Source: an uncultured Gemmatimonadales bacterium (GTDB lineage: Bacteria > Gemmatimonadota > Gemmatimonadetes > Gemmatimonadales > GWC2-71-9). Taken from it: DNA of 64,000 nucleotides. Numbering within the stretch: position 1 is the stretch's first letter; every line of letters starts with the position of its first letter. Positions 47,975 to 58,555 of this stretch are shown one piece after another. A model generated the notes under the pieces. It searched no databases. It had not been told where the DNA came from and saw only the letters and a program-made list of their open reading frames with translations. Location of the stretch: NCBI GenBank assembly GCA_963695555.1, contig CAVOGR010000001.1, forward strand, positions 1,024,001 through 1,088,000. The letters are read 5' to 3'. The translations under genes were made by a program, and so were the position numbers.

Positions 47975-49345
47975 ATGAATCTTTTCGACGCTTCGGACCC
48001 GCGCCCAGTGCACTTCATGGGAGTTGGCGGCGCTGGGATGAACCCGTTGGCCGCCATCGTGCATGCGAATGGGATGTCGGTCACGGGGTGTGATCTCGAT
48101 CCGGCCGGCGCCGCCGATTTGGCCGCTCGCGGAATTCCAGTCGCCACAGGCCACGACCCGTCACATGTGGATGGGGCGCAGGCGGTGGTTGTCACAGCGG
48201 CGGTTGCGTCGGATCATCCCGAGCTTGGGCGCGCGCACGACCTTGGGGTGCGGGTGATTCAACGCAAGCGGCTCTTGGCGGAACTCGTTGCCGGATCACG
48301 GGTTGTGGGCATTTCCGGAACCCACGGCAAGACCACCACCACCACCATGGTCACGGAAGCACTGAGTGCCGCTGGCCTCGAGCCCACGGGAATTACCGGC
48401 GGCAGGGTTCGCGCCTGGCGGGGGAACGTCAAGATCGGAAGTCCGGAACTCTACGTGGTCGAGGCCGATGAGTACGATCAAGCGCTGCTCGAGTTGTATC
48501 CAACCATTGCCGTCGTGACGAACGTGGAGCCGGATCACCTCGATTCGTACGGGTCGGTTGCCGCGATGGAGTCGGCCTTTGTCCGGTTTGCCGAGCGGGC
48601 GGAGGTGGTCATTGCCGGCACCGACGATGCCGGCGCCAATCGTGTGGCACAGCAGCTGGCAGGAACGGTCTGGTCGTTCGGACTCGGCCGGGGCGACCTG
48701 GCGATCACCGAGGTCGATCACTCACCGACCGGAACGAGCGCCACGCTGTCGGTTCCGAATCGGGGAGCAGTCCGGCTGCGACTGCGTGTGCCTGGGCTCC
48801 ACAATGTGCGGAACGCCGCCGCTGCGGTTGGAGTTGTTGCGGCGCTCGACGCTCCACTCGAGCTCGCGCTGGAGGCCCTTGCCGAGTTCGAGGGAGTCGG
48901 CCGCCGCTTCGAGCGGGTGGGCGAGGTGGGCGGTGTCGTGGTGGTGGACGACTACGCGCACCATCCGACGGAGATCCTGGCGACGATCCAAGCTGCGCGC
49001 CAAGCGTTCCCCGGCCGACGCCTGGTGGCCGTCTTCCAGCCGCATCTCTACTCGAGGACCAAGCGGCTCGGGGACGCCCTAGGCGAGGCGTTGAGCGGCG
49101 CGGATCTCGTGGTGGTAACCGATGTCTATGCCGCTCGCGAGCTGCCGGTTGCGGGCGTCAGCGGCGAACAGGTGGCCAATGCAGCCACCCGCGCTGGGGT
49201 TCGGACGATCTATGAGCCGGAGCGTGATCGCCTCGGTCCTCGGGTGCGCGAAGTAATCCAATCGGGCGATGTCGTGCTGACCCTCGGGGCCGGAGACATC
49301 ACCCGGGTGGGCCGGGAACTGGTGGAATGGCCGGCCGTCGCGTGA
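47975..49345 (+). CDS. murC: UDP-MurNAc--L-alanine ligase
   Basis: GVGGAGM, SGTHGKTTT, EADEYD, DDYAHHP, FQPHLYSRT. Confidence 0.96.
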   Translation: MNLFDASDPRPVHFMGVGGAGMNPLAAIVHANGMSVTGCDLDPAGAADLAARGIPVATGHDPSHVDGAQAVVVTAAVASDHPELGRAHDLGVRVIQRKRLLAELVAGSRVVGISGTHGKTTTTTMVTEALSAAGLEPTGITGGRVRAWRGNVKIGSPELYVVEADEYDQALLELYPTIAVVTNVEPDHLDSYGSVAAMESAFVRFAERAEVVIAGTDDAGANRVAQQLAGTVWSFGLGRGDLAITEVDHSPTGTSATLSVPNRGAVRLRLRVPGLHNVRNAAAAVGVVAALDAPLELALEALAEFEGVGRRFERVGEVGGVVVVDDYAHHPTEILATIQAARQAFPGRRLVAVFQPHLYSRTKRLGDALGEALSGADLVVVTDVYAARELPVAGVSGEQVANAATRAGVRTIYEPERDRLGPRVREVIQSGDVVLTLGAGDITRVGRELVEWPAVA

Positions 49346-50016
49346 AGCGCGGCTGGTGGGTGGTGGGCGGCGCGGCCGTCGCCGCGGGCGTCTGGTTCGG
49401 CACACCTCAGGTATTTCGACACTTTCGATTTTTCGACGTACGCCGGATCGAGATCGTGGGGGCTCGCCACTTGTCGGCCGACATCGTCCTCGACGCGCTG
49501 GCACTGCCGGCCGACGCCAACGTGTTCGACGGTTTCAAGCGGGCGGGGCATCGGATTCGCGAGATACCGGGCGTGATCGATGCCCGGATCGGACGCCGGA
49601 TTCCTGGGACCCTCCGGGTCGTGGTGAGCGAGGCCGAACCGGTAGCCCTCTCACCCACGCGGGATGGACTCGCATTGCTCGACGTGTCAGGCGTTGCCTT
49701 GCCGTTCGATCCGGCACGCTCCGCGCCCGATTTGCCGGTCATCGCTGAAACGGATTCCGTGTTGACCACCCTGCTCGCCCGCGTGCGAAGCGCCGACCCC
49801 GATCTGTTCAGCCGGGTGTCGGCGGCGTCGCGCCGCGCCGGTGATGTCGTACTCGACCTCGGCCAATGGCGCTTGTGGCTGAGAAGCGATACCGAACCCG
49901 AGGTACTGATCGCAGCCATGGATGTGGCGCGCGACTTGACGCGACGAGGATGGAAATTCCAGGAACTCGACGCCCGCTTCGCCGGGCAGGTCATCGTCAG
50001 GGGCCGGGTCGCGTGA
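49327..50016 (+). CDS. ftsQ: Cell division protein FtsQ/DivIB
   Basis: TM plus POTRA (FDVRRIEIVG...RRIPGTLRV) and C-terminal LDARF; positioned before ftsA. Confidence 0.85.
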   Translation: MAGRRVKRGWWVVGGAAVAAGVWFGTPQVFRHFRFFDVRRIEIVGARHLSADIVLDALALPADANVFDGFKRAGHRIREIPGVIDARIGRRIPGTLRVVVSEAEPVALSPTRDGLALLDVSGVALPFDPARSAPDLPVIAETDSVLTTLLARVRSADPDLFSRVSAASRRAGDVVLDLGQWRLWLRSDTEPEVLIAAMDVARDLTRRGWKFQELDARFAGQVIVRGRVA

Positions 50017-51263
50017 GCGGCGCGCCGCAGCGGCTCGTCGCCGGTCTCGACTTGGGCTCCACCAAGGTCGTTGGGGTCATCGCGGACGCCTCCGGGAGTG
50101 CCAGAGAGCCGCTCGTCAAGATTCTGGGCGTGGGGTCGGCGCGCAGCAGCGGGGTCCGCCGCGGCGTGGTGCGAGACATTGAAGAGACCACCCGAGCCAT
50201 CGTCAAGGCGATGCAAGATGCGGAGCGCATGGCGGGGGTCGAAGTGGGAACCGTGTATGCCGGCATCGCCGGTGAGCACGTGGCGGGGAAGAGCTCTCAC
50301 GGTGTCGTGTCCGTGACCGGTGACGAGATCCGTACGGCCGACGTTGCCCGGGTCAATGATGTGGCGAGCAACATTTCCTATGGCCGCGATCACGAGTTGT
50401 TGCATGCGATCCCGCAAGACTACCTGATCGATCAGCAGGCGGGAATCAACGAGCCGATCGGAATGACCGGCTCCCGGCTCGAGGCAGAGGTGTATCTGGT
50501 GACGGTCTTGTCCAGCATCCTGCACAACTTGGGCAAGTGCGTCGAACGTGCCGGCTACCGTGTGGGCGAGTTCGTGCTCGAGCCCCTGGCGGCGTCGCTG
50601 GCGGTCCTGACCACTGATGAGCGCGAGCTGGGGTGCGCGTTGGTGGATCTCGGCGGCGGCTCGACCAACGTGGCCATCTTTCAGGGCGGCAAGATCCGCC
50701 ATACGGGGTCGCTCCTGTGCTCCGGCGGCTATGTGACGGCCGACATCGTGCAGGGGCTGCAGGTGACCCAGCAGGACGCCGAGCGACTGAAGGAACACCA
50801 CGGCTCGGCCTACGAGCCGGGGATGTCCGAGGGCGAGTCCATCGAGCTTCCCGGCACCCCCGGGCAAGGATCCCGTGCGGCTGACCGTCGGGTGCTCGCC
50901 CACATCATGCAGGCCCGCCTGCAGGAGGTGATGGAGTTCGCGCAAAACGAGATTGCCCAGGCGGGGTTCCACCAACGGTTGCCTGCCGGGGTGATTCTGA
51001 CGGGCGGTGGCGCGCTCACGCCGGGCATCGTGGAGCTGGGCCGAGAGATCTTCGCGATGCCCGTGCGGGTCGGTGCGCCCGGGCAGGGACTCACCGGCCT
51101 GGCGGATAGCGTGGAGTCGCCACGGATGGCGCTGGCCGCGGGCTTGGTATACTACGGGGCGAGGCAGGTGTGGCAGACCGGCTTTGGGACCGGGGGGCGG
51201 CGGTCGCCGGCCGTCGACAAGTGGTTTGGACCGGTGAAGCGTTGGCTCCAGGACTTCTTTTGA
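50013..51263 (+). CDS. ftsA: Cell division protein FtsA
   Basis: GLDLGSTKV, VDLGGGST, LTGGGA, C-terminal amphipathic helix (KRWLQDFF). Confidence 0.96.
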   Translation: MSGAPQRLVAGLDLGSTKVVGVIADASGSAREPLVKILGVGSARSSGVRRGVVRDIEETTRAIVKAMQDAERMAGVEVGTVYAGIAGEHVAGKSSHGVVSVTGDEIRTADVARVNDVASNISYGRDHELLHAIPQDYLIDQQAGINEPIGMTGSRLEAEVYLVTVLSSILHNLGKCVERAGYRVGEFVLEPLAASLAVLTTDERELGCALVDLGGGSTNVAIFQGGKIRHTGSLLCSGGYVTADIVQGLQVTQQDAERLKEHHGSAYEPGMSEGESIELPGTPGQGSRAADRRVLAHIMQARLQEVMEFAQNEIAQAGFHQRLPAGVILTGGGALTPGIVELGREIFAMPVRVGAPGQGLTGLADSVESPRMALAAGLVYYGARQVWQTGFGTGGRRSPAVDKWFGPVKRWLQDFF

Positions 51264-51284
51264 TGCGGGCGTGAGAGGCTAACC

Positions 51285-52439
51285 ATGATTTTCGAGCTGG
51301 AAGAGAGCGTCGCACAGCGGGCGCGGATGAAAGTCGTCGGAGTCGGCGGCGGTGGTGGTAATGCGGTAAACCGGATGATCGAGGAACAACTGGCCGGCGT
51401 CCAGTTCATCTCGATCAACACGGATGCGCAGGCCCTTCAGGCCTCGAAGTCCGATCTCAAGGTGCAGATCGGCAAGAAGCTGACGCGGGGCCTCGGCGCA
51501 GGCGCTCGACCGGAGATCGGACGCCAGGCAATCGAGGAGAACAAGGACGAGGTTCTCCAGACCGTCCAGGAATCCGACCTGGTGTTCGTGACCTGCGGCA
51601 TGGGCGGCGGCACCGGCACCGGGGCGGCCCCGATCGTGTCCCAGTTGGCCCGTGACGTGGGCGCGCTCACCGTAGGGATCGTGACCAAGCCGTTCCTGTT
51701 CGAGGGCCGGAAGCGGATGCGCCAGGCCGAAACCGGCATCGCCGAAATGCGGAAGCACGTCGACACCATGATTGTGGTGCCCAACGAACGGCTCCTCGCC
51801 GTGGTCGGGAAGGGGATTCCGTTCCAGGACGCGTTGAAGAAGGCCGACGAAGTCCTGCTCCACGCGACGCAAGGGATCGCCAGCCTGATCACGTCCACCG
51901 GCATCATCAACGTCGACTTTGCGGATGTACGGACGATCATGCAAAACGGCGGTGCGGCGCTCATGGGAACGGGGATCGGCCGCGGTGAGAACCGCGCGAT
52001 GGAAGCTGCGCAACAGTCCATCTCGAGCCCGCTCCTCGACAACGTGTCCATCGCCGGTGCGACGGGCGTGCTCATCAACATTATGGGAGGCGAGGACCTG
52101 ACCCTGGGCGAGGCGACGCAAATCAGCGAGATCATTCACGATGCGGCCGGCGACGAGGCTGAGATCATCTTCGGGGCGACCACCGATCCCGCAATGCAGG
52201 GCGAAATCCGAGTTACCGTCATCGCCACCGGCTTCGACAAGGCCGTGACCGGCGAGCCGGTCAGCCGCCAAGTGGGCGGTGCCGTGCTCAGCTTCCCGAC
52301 TCCACGGCGGCACGCGACCCCGGTGGTCCCGCTGCCGACTCCCGGCAAGGTCGCGCCCAAACGACCCGCCGCCGACCCGGCCGGAGGTGAAATCTCGGAG
52401 ATGGAGATTCCAACCTTCATCCGCCGTCAAATGGACTGA
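51285..52439 (+). CDS. ftsZ: Cell division protein FtsZ
   Basis: GVGGGGGNA, GMGGGTGTG, NVDFAD, C-terminal IPTFIR. Confidence 0.99.
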   Translation: MIFELEESVAQRARMKVVGVGGGGGNAVNRMIEEQLAGVQFISINTDAQALQASKSDLKVQIGKKLTRGLGAGARPEIGRQAIEENKDEVLQTVQESDLVFVTCGMGGGTGTGAAPIVSQLARDVGALTVGIVTKPFLFEGRKRMRQAETGIAEMRKHVDTMIVVPNERLLAVVGKGIPFQDALKKADEVLLHATQGIASLITSTGIINVDFADVRTIMQNGGAALMGTGIGRGENRAMEAAQQSISSPLLDNVSIAGATGVLINIMGGEDLTLGEATQISEIIHDAAGDEAEIIFGATTDPAMQGEIRVTVIATGFDKAVTGEPVSRQVGGAVLSFPTPRRHATPVVPLPTPGKVAPKRPAADPAGGEISEMEIPTFIRRQMD

Positions 52440-53692
52440 TGTACGCTCGGGCCGCGTTCCTCGGGTTGGTGGTGCTCGGCGCCTCGGTTCTCGCGGTGGC
52501 GTCGGGCTCCTGGCTCTCGAGCAAACCGGTCGTGGCCCCCCCCATCCTGGTCCGCGAGGCCTTTCGCGAAACGGTCGATACCCTGCAATCCGGCGAGACA
52601 CTCTCCGAACTGTTTGCCCGGCACGGAGTAGTGAATTTCGATTTCGGCGCGTTCAACCCGGATAGCACCCTCGATCCGCGGCGCGCCCGCGCGGGACTGG
52701 TGTTCTCGTTTCGGCGGCTGGTTACCGACTCGGTCCCTTCCCGCATATCAGTCCGCCGCGGCCCGGAGGAGCGGCTCCACTATGAGCGCATGGGAGCGGA
52801 ATGGCTGTCCCGCAGTGAACCGATCACATGGTCCTCGGAAACCGTCCGAGTCGAAGGGCCCATCGGCGACGCCCTGTACCTGGCCTTGGACGCGAACGTG
52901 CCGGAGGACGTGCTCGGATCGGGCGAGCGGATCCGCATGGCCGGTAACCTCGCGGAAATTTACGACTGGACCGTTGACTTCACGCGTGACATCAGGCCCG
53001 GAGATTACTTCCGTGTGCTGATGGAGCGGCGCGTGTCGGAAGAAGGAGAAGTGCGATTGGGGCGGATCCTCGCGGCCGACCTCACGGTCACTGGTACGCG
53101 TCTGCCGGCGTACCGGTTCGAAGCCGAGGATGGTACCACCGGCTATTTCGATGCTCAGGGGCGCTCGCTACGCCGCGCATTTCTGCGGGCTCCGCTCGAG
53201 TTCCGCCGGGTTTCATCGCGGTTCAGCTCGGCCAGGCGGCACCCCGTGCTCGGCCGGATCCGGAAGCACGCCGGGACCGACTACGCGGCTGACCGTGGCA
53301 CGCCGGTACGCGCAACTGCGGATGGGGTTGTCCTGCGCGCCGGCCGAGTGAGCACCTATGGCAACCTAGTGGAGCTTCGACACGCCAAGGGGATCACGAC
53401 CCGGTACGGGCACCTGCAGCGCGTTGCGGTGCGGTCCGGCGCCCGGGTCACCCAGGGTCAGGTTATCGGGTACGTCGGCGCGACGGGATTGGCCAACGGC
53501 CCGCACCTGCATTATGAGTTTCGAGTGAATGGTGTGGCCAAGGACCACCGGCGAGTTGACCTCGGCACCGGGGACCCGGTGCCCGAGAAAGATCGGGCCG
53601 CGTTCGAGCGCGAGCGGGACCGGTTGGATGCACTCATCAATCCTGCCGCGCCGGCTCCGGCCGTTTCTGATCCGCCTCTCCCTGCTGAGTGA
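52439..53692 (+). CDS. M23 family peptidoglycan endopeptidase (MepM-like)
   Basis: N-terminal TM/signal; HAGTD and GPHLHYE zinc ligands. Confidence 0.9.
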   Translation: MYARAAFLGLVVLGASVLAVASGSWLSSKPVVAPPILVREAFRETVDTLQSGETLSELFARHGVVNFDFGAFNPDSTLDPRRARAGLVFSFRRLVTDSVPSRISVRRGPEERLHYERMGAEWLSRSEPITWSSETVRVEGPIGDALYLALDANVPEDVLGSGERIRMAGNLAEIYDWTVDFTRDIRPGDYFRVLMERRVSEEGEVRLGRILAADLTVTGTRLPAYRFEAEDGTTGYFDAQGRSLRRAFLRAPLEFRRVSSRFSSARRHPVLGRIRKHAGTDYAADRGTPVRATADGVVLRAGRVSTYGNLVELRHAKGITTRYGHLQRVAVRSGARVTQGQVIGYVGATGLANGPHLHYEFRVNGVAKDHRRVDLGTGDPVPEKDRAAFERERDRLDALINPAAPAPAVSDPPLPAE

Positions 53693-53746
53693 GGCAGGCG
53701 CCGTTAGCCGCAAGCATCCCCTTCCTCATCGTGCCATCTTAAGTCC

Positions 53747-55543
53747 ATGACGCTGGTCTTGATTCTCCTCGGTGCGGTGGGGATGGCCGTCGCCACCTAC
53801 TGGTGGCTGGAACGCATCGGTCGTCGAGCCTGGCTTGCCGCGGCATTCCGGGCACTCGCCTGGAGTGCTCTCGGCGTGCTTGTCCTCAACCTGAGCTGCG
53901 CCACACGCCGACCGGCCGGCCCGCCGATCGCACTGCTCGATGCCTCGCTGAGCTACTCCGGCTCGGCGCGGTGGACGGCGTTGCGGGACAGTCTGTCTGG
54001 TGTCGCGGACGTGTGGTACTTCGGCGACCAGCGCCCGGCGCGAGACTCGAGCGCGCGCGGTACGTCGCGGCTCGGCCCCGCCCTCAGCACCGCCGCTGCC
54101 ACCAACCGGTCCATCGTGGTCTATACCGACGGCGAGCTGGACGATGTGCAGGATATCCCTGCCGACATCCTCGCCCGCGCCCGCGTGAACGTGCTGGCCC
54201 GGGAGCCTGAAGGCGATGTAGCCCTGGTTCGAATTCGGGGGCCGGAGCGGGTCACGCAAGGCGACACGCTCACGCTCGAAGCGGAGGTTCTCGCTTCGCC
54301 AACCAGCCAGGTCCAACGGATCGGCGTGGTGTTGGGCGCCGGATCCATCCGTCTCGCGAGAGCCTCCGTTGACATCGAGCCCGGCGGACGCACGCGAGTC
54401 CAGCTCCGGGCGCCGACCACCCGGCTCCCTGTCGGCGAGCAGCTGGTCACGATCGCACTCGATGGCGTTGTGGACAGCGAGTCGCGCACCGACATGAGGC
54501 TCCACCACGTCGAGATCGTCCCGACCCCGGGCGTGGTCATCTTGGCCAGTCCGCCGGATTGGGACGCGAAGTTCCTTTACCGTGCACTCAAGGAAGTCTC
54601 TGACCTCCCGGTTCGCGGGTACAGCCGCGTGACCGATGGCGCGTGGCATGGCATGCACGACCTCGGGTTGGTATCCGAGTCGGTCGTGCGCCGCGCCGCC
54701 CTGGGGGCCGACCTGCTGATCCTCAAGGGACGCGACGAGGGTCTGGGTCCTGGCCCGGGCACCAGGGCCGTGTGGCGATGGCCAAGCGGCGAGAATGGCG
54801 TGACGACGCTGGAGGGGGATTGGTACGTGACGCCTGAACCCGGCTCTCCCGTGTCCGAAGCCTTCCTTGGACTCCCCGTCGATTCCTTTCCCCCGGCAAC
54901 ACAGGTGACGCCGATCGATACGGTAACCGGCGGATGGACCGCTCTGACTGCCCAAGCGGGGCGGCGCGGAGCGTCCCGGAGCATCGTCACGGGCTTCGAC
55001 GACGGCCGGCGGAGACGGCTCGTGGTTGGGGCAGACGGCTTCTGGCGCTGGACCTTTCGAGGAGGGAGCAGCGAGCAAGGGTACCGATCCTTCGTGGCGT
55101 CGGCCGCCACCTGGCTCCTCGGCGGGGCAGATTCGGCGCGCGGCCCTGCCGTGGTGGTGCACGCGGTGGTAGAGCGCGGCCGTCCCGTGGTGTTCCGTGC
55201 TGCGGTGAGGGACTCATCATCCGCCCTGCCCGTTCACTTGAGCGGGCCCGCTGGTGCCAGGACCGACACGCTCAGGTGGGACGGCATCGGCGAGGCGAAG
55301 GTATGGCTGGCTCCGGGGGAATATCGTTACCACTTTGCGTCGGGCGGTCCCGAGCATGTGATCGGGGTGGAGGAGTATTCCACTGAATGGCTGGTGCGCC
55401 CTCCCACGCTTGCCAGCGCCGCAGCCGGCGTGACGCGGCAGACCGGCCGGGCCTCCGCCCGCGAAGCGCTCTGGCTGTTCGGCCTGGGCATCTTGGGATT
55501 GGTCGGCGAGTGGACCGTTCGGCGCCGGTTGGGGCTCCGATGA
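53747..55543 (+). CDS. Membrane-anchored VWA-like domain protein
   Basis: Two N-terminal TMs, MIDAS-like DASLS...TDGE, Ig-like segment, C-terminal TM ending EW..RRR.GL. Confidence 0.6.
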   Translation: MTLVLILLGAVGMAVATYWWLERIGRRAWLAAAFRALAWSALGVLVLNLSCATRRPAGPPIALLDASLSYSGSARWTALRDSLSGVADVWYFGDQRPARDSSARGTSRLGPALSTAAATNRSIVVYTDGELDDVQDIPADILARARVNVLAREPEGDVALVRIRGPERVTQGDTLTLEAEVLASPTSQVQRIGVVLGAGSIRLARASVDIEPGGRTRVQLRAPTTRLPVGEQLVTIALDGVVDSESRTDMRLHHVEIVPTPGVVILASPPDWDAKFLYRALKEVSDLPVRGYSRVTDGAWHGMHDLGLVSESVVRRAALGADLLILKGRDEGLGPGPGTRAVWRWPSGENGVTTLEGDWYVTPEPGSPVSEAFLGLPVDSFPPATQVTPIDTVTGGWTALTAQAGRRGASRSIVTGFDDGRRRRLVVGADGFWRWTFRGGSSEQGYRSFVASAATWLLGGADSARGPAVVVHAVVERGRPVVFRAAVRDSSSALPVHLSGPAGARTDTLRWDGIGEAKVWLAPGEYRYHFASGGPEHVIGVEEYSTEWLVRPPTLASAAAGVTRQTGRASAREALWLFGLGILGLVGEWTVRRRLGLR

Positions 55544-56469
55544 GCGACAAACGACTCGGGGCGTCACAGAACCGTGGCGTGTGGCAGCGGATCAAACGGC
55601 TGGCCCTCACCGATGTGGGTGCCCTGGTCCGGCGCTTGAATGCCGACGATCTCGAGGCTATCGAACGCATTCTGATCGAGGCGGACTTCGGAGTGCAGGC
55701 TACCGTCGAGCTCACCGAGGCATTGGAAGATGAGGTGCGGCGAGGGAAGGCCAAGACGGAGGCCGACCTCAAGGCCTCGCTCCGGCAGCGGTTGGTGGAC
55801 GTGTTAACCGGCCCACCCAATCCCGGGCAGATTGCGGTAGCGGAAGGCGGCGGGGCCACCGTCGTCCTCTTGGTCGGTGTCAACGGCGTCGGGAAGACGA
55901 CCACGCTGGCCAAACTCGCGGCCCGGCTTACCGGTGAAGGCCGGCGGGTGCTCGTCGCCGCGGCCGACACGTACCGTGCTGGTGCCATCGAGCAATTGGA
56001 AGCATGGGCGGAGCGGCTCGGCGTAGACTGCGTGTCCGGCCGTCCAGGTGGCGACCCGGCCGCCGTCGCATTCGACGCTGTGGATGCGGCGGCGGCCCGC
56101 GGCGCGGACACGGTGCTGATCGACACCGCGGGGCGGCTCCATACCCAAGACGATCTCATGGAGGAACTCCGTAAGGTGAGCCGCGTCGTGGCCCGCCGGG
56201 CGCCGGGAGCGCCACACGAGACACTCTTGGTGTTGGACGGAACGGTTGGCCAGAATGCTGTCCAGCAAGGAAAGATGTTCCGCGATGCGGTTGCCCCAAC
56301 CGGTCTCATCGTGACCAAACTCGATGGCAGTGCGCGAGGTGGCGCCGTCGTGGCCCTCCGTCGCGAGTTGGACCTCCCGATTCGTTTTATCGGCGTGGGC
56401 GAAGGACTGGACGACCTGGAGCCGTTCGATCCCGGCCGCTACGCCGATCTCCTGCTCGCGGAGGCCTGA
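55540..56469 (+). CDS. ftsY: SRP receptor FtsY
   Basis: GVNGVGKTTT, DTYRAGA, DTAGR, TKLDGSARGG. Confidence 0.97.
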   Translation: MSDKRLGASQNRGVWQRIKRLALTDVGALVRRLNADDLEAIERILIEADFGVQATVELTEALEDEVRRGKAKTEADLKASLRQRLVDVLTGPPNPGQIAVAEGGGATVVLLVGVNGVGKTTTLAKLAARLTGEGRRVLVAAADTYRAGAIEQLEAWAERLGVDCVSGRPGGDPAAVAFDAVDAAAARGADTVLIDTAGRLHTQDDLMEELRKVSRVVARRAPGAPHETLLVLDGTVGQNAVQQGKMFRDAVAPTGLIVTKLDGSARGGAVVALRRELDLPIRFIGVGEGLDDLEPFDPGRYADLLLAEA

Positions 56470-56475
56470 CCGGCC

Positions 56476-58545
56476 GTGACGGTCCGGCTCGATACCAGCG
56501 TCCAATTCCTCAAGGGCATCGGTGCCCGCCGGGCCGAGTCCTTGAGCCGACTCGGCATCCGAACCGCGCGGGATCTGCTGTGGCATCTGCCCCATCGATA
56601 CGTCGACGCGTCGACGGTCACTCCCCTGGCCAAGGCACGGGTGGGTGACGATGTGGCCTGTGTTGGTCGCGTGGTCGACACGGGTGTGCAGCCTACCCGG
56701 CGCGGCCTTCGGATCTTTCGGGCGGTACTCCGCGACGACTCCGGTGTGCTGGAATGTGCCTGGCCGGGCCAAGCGTTTCTCGACCGGAGCATCCGAGTTG
56801 GGCAACTCCTCCTCGTGGCGGGTCCGGTGCGGTTCTATCATGGGCGGCAGATGGCTCCCCGCGAGTTCGTGGTCTTGGGCGACGCCGACGGTGAGGACAC
56901 TGAAGGCACAGACGCGGGAAAGATCCTCCCGGTGTACCCGGCAACCGAGGGGTTGAGCCACAAGATCATTCGCAGCTTGATCGATCGGCATCTGGAAGCG
57001 TTGCTCGCCCTGAGTCATGATCACATGCCCGATCCGCTGCGCCACCGGCTTGGGTTGCCGACCCTGCCGGACGCATTGCGGGCGGTCCATCGGCCTCGAT
57101 CGCTCGACGAGGCCGAGCAAGGACGCCGTCGGCTTGCGTTCGATGAATTGTTTGATTTGCAGCTTACCTTGGTCCGGGCACGCGCTGTGGCCAAACGGGC
57201 ACGCGGTGGAATCGCGTTTGAGATCCGCCGTGAGCTTACCTCACGGTTGAAGAACCACCTGCCGTTCAGCCTGACTGCCGACCAGCGACAGGCGATTCGC
57301 GAAATTACCGCGGACATGACGGCGCCCGACCGGATGCACCGGTTGTTGATGGGCGACGTCGGGACCGGGAAGACCATCGTTGCGCTCTTCGCCATGCTCC
57401 TGGCCGTCGAGAACGACTACCAAGCGGCGATGATGGCGCCGACCGAACTCCTGGCCGAGCAACATGCTGCCACGCTCGAGCGACTCTTGGAGCCGCTCGC
57501 CATCGCGCCCGAGCTGATCCTTGGCCGTCAGACATCGAGTGAGAAGGCAGCCTCGCGGGAGCGCCTCGCCGACGGACGCTCGCGGATCGTCGTAGGGACA
57601 CATGCGCTGCTCCAGGATACGGTGTCATTCCACCGGTTGGGCCTCGTGGTCATCGACGAGCAACACCGTTTCGGGGTCGAGCAGCGCGCCACGCTGATCG
57701 GCAAGGGCGATACCCCGGATGTCTTGCTGCTCTCCGCCACCCCCATTCCCCGCTCGCTGGCCCTCACGCTCTATGGGGATCTCGATATCTCGACGCTTCG
57801 GGAGCGCCCACCCGGACGCGGGGACGTCCGCACCGCGATTCGAACGCCGGCTGAACGGAACCGCGTGCTCGACTTCGTCCGGGAGCGTTGCGTGGCTGGC
57901 GGTCAGGCATACGTGGTCCTCCCGGTCATCGAGGAATCGGAACGCGCCGACCTTCGCGCCGCGACGACCATGGCCCAGCGCCTGGCCGCGCGCTGGCCCG
58001 ATTTGCGGGTCGGCCTGGTCCACGGCCGGTTGAAGCCTGATGAACGAGACCAGGTCATGCGCGATTTCCGGGCAGGGAACGTCGATTTGTTGGTTGCCAC
58101 CAGCGTTATCGAGGTCGGGATCGACGTGCCCAATGCCACCGTCATGTTGGTGGAGCATCCCGAACGGTTCGGGCTCGCCCAGCTCCACCAGCTTCGGGGG
58201 CGGGTGGGGCGCGGTGCGGCCGAGAGTCACTGCATTCTTCAGATCGAGGACCGCATTCTCCCACGGCTCGAGGCGTTCGCCGCCACCAACGACGGTTTTA
58301 CGGTGGCCGAATTGGACCTGGCGGAGCGAGGGATGGGAGACCTCATCGGGGCGCGGCAAAGCGGTGGATTCGAGCTACGCCATGCCCGCCTGCCGCAAGA
58401 TGCCGAGCTGCTTGGCCAGGCACGGGCCCTCGCATCCGAGATCATCGCGGCCGACCCCGAACTCCAAAAGCCCGCCGGGCGCGCCATGCGTGAGCGGGCC
58501 GTAGCCCGCTACCCCAAAGCGATGGAACTGTTTCGGGTTGGTTGA
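56476..58545 (+). CDS. recG: ATP-dependent DNA helicase RecG
   Basis: GDVGTGKT, DEQHRFG, SATPIPR, QLRGRVGRG. Confidence 0.97.
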   Translation: MTVRLDTSVQFLKGIGARRAESLSRLGIRTARDLLWHLPHRYVDASTVTPLAKARVGDDVACVGRVVDTGVQPTRRGLRIFRAVLRDDSGVLECAWPGQAFLDRSIRVGQLLLVAGPVRFYHGRQMAPREFVVLGDADGEDTEGTDAGKILPVYPATEGLSHKIIRSLIDRHLEALLALSHDHMPDPLRHRLGLPTLPDALRAVHRPRSLDEAEQGRRRLAFDELFDLQLTLVRARAVAKRARGGIAFEIRRELTSRLKNHLPFSLTADQRQAIREITADMTAPDRMHRLLMGDVGTGKTIVALFAMLLAVENDYQAAMMAPTELLAEQHAATLERLLEPLAIAPELILGRQTSSEKAASRERLADGRSRIVVGTHALLQDTVSFHRLGLVVIDEQHRFGVEQRATLIGKGDTPDVLLLSATPIPRSLALTLYGDLDISTLRERPPGRGDVRTAIRTPAERNRVLDFVRERCVAGGQAYVVLPVIEESERADLRAATTMAQRLAARWPDLRVGLVHGRLKPDERDQVMRDFRAGNVDLLVATSVIEVGIDVPNATVMLVEHPERFGLAQLHQLRGRVGRGAAESHCILQIEDRILPRLEAFAATNDGFTVAELDLAERGMGDLIGARQSGGFELRHARLPQDAELLGQARALASEIIAADPELQKPAGRAMRERAVARYPKAMELFRVG

Positions 58546-58555
58546 CTGAGCTGAT

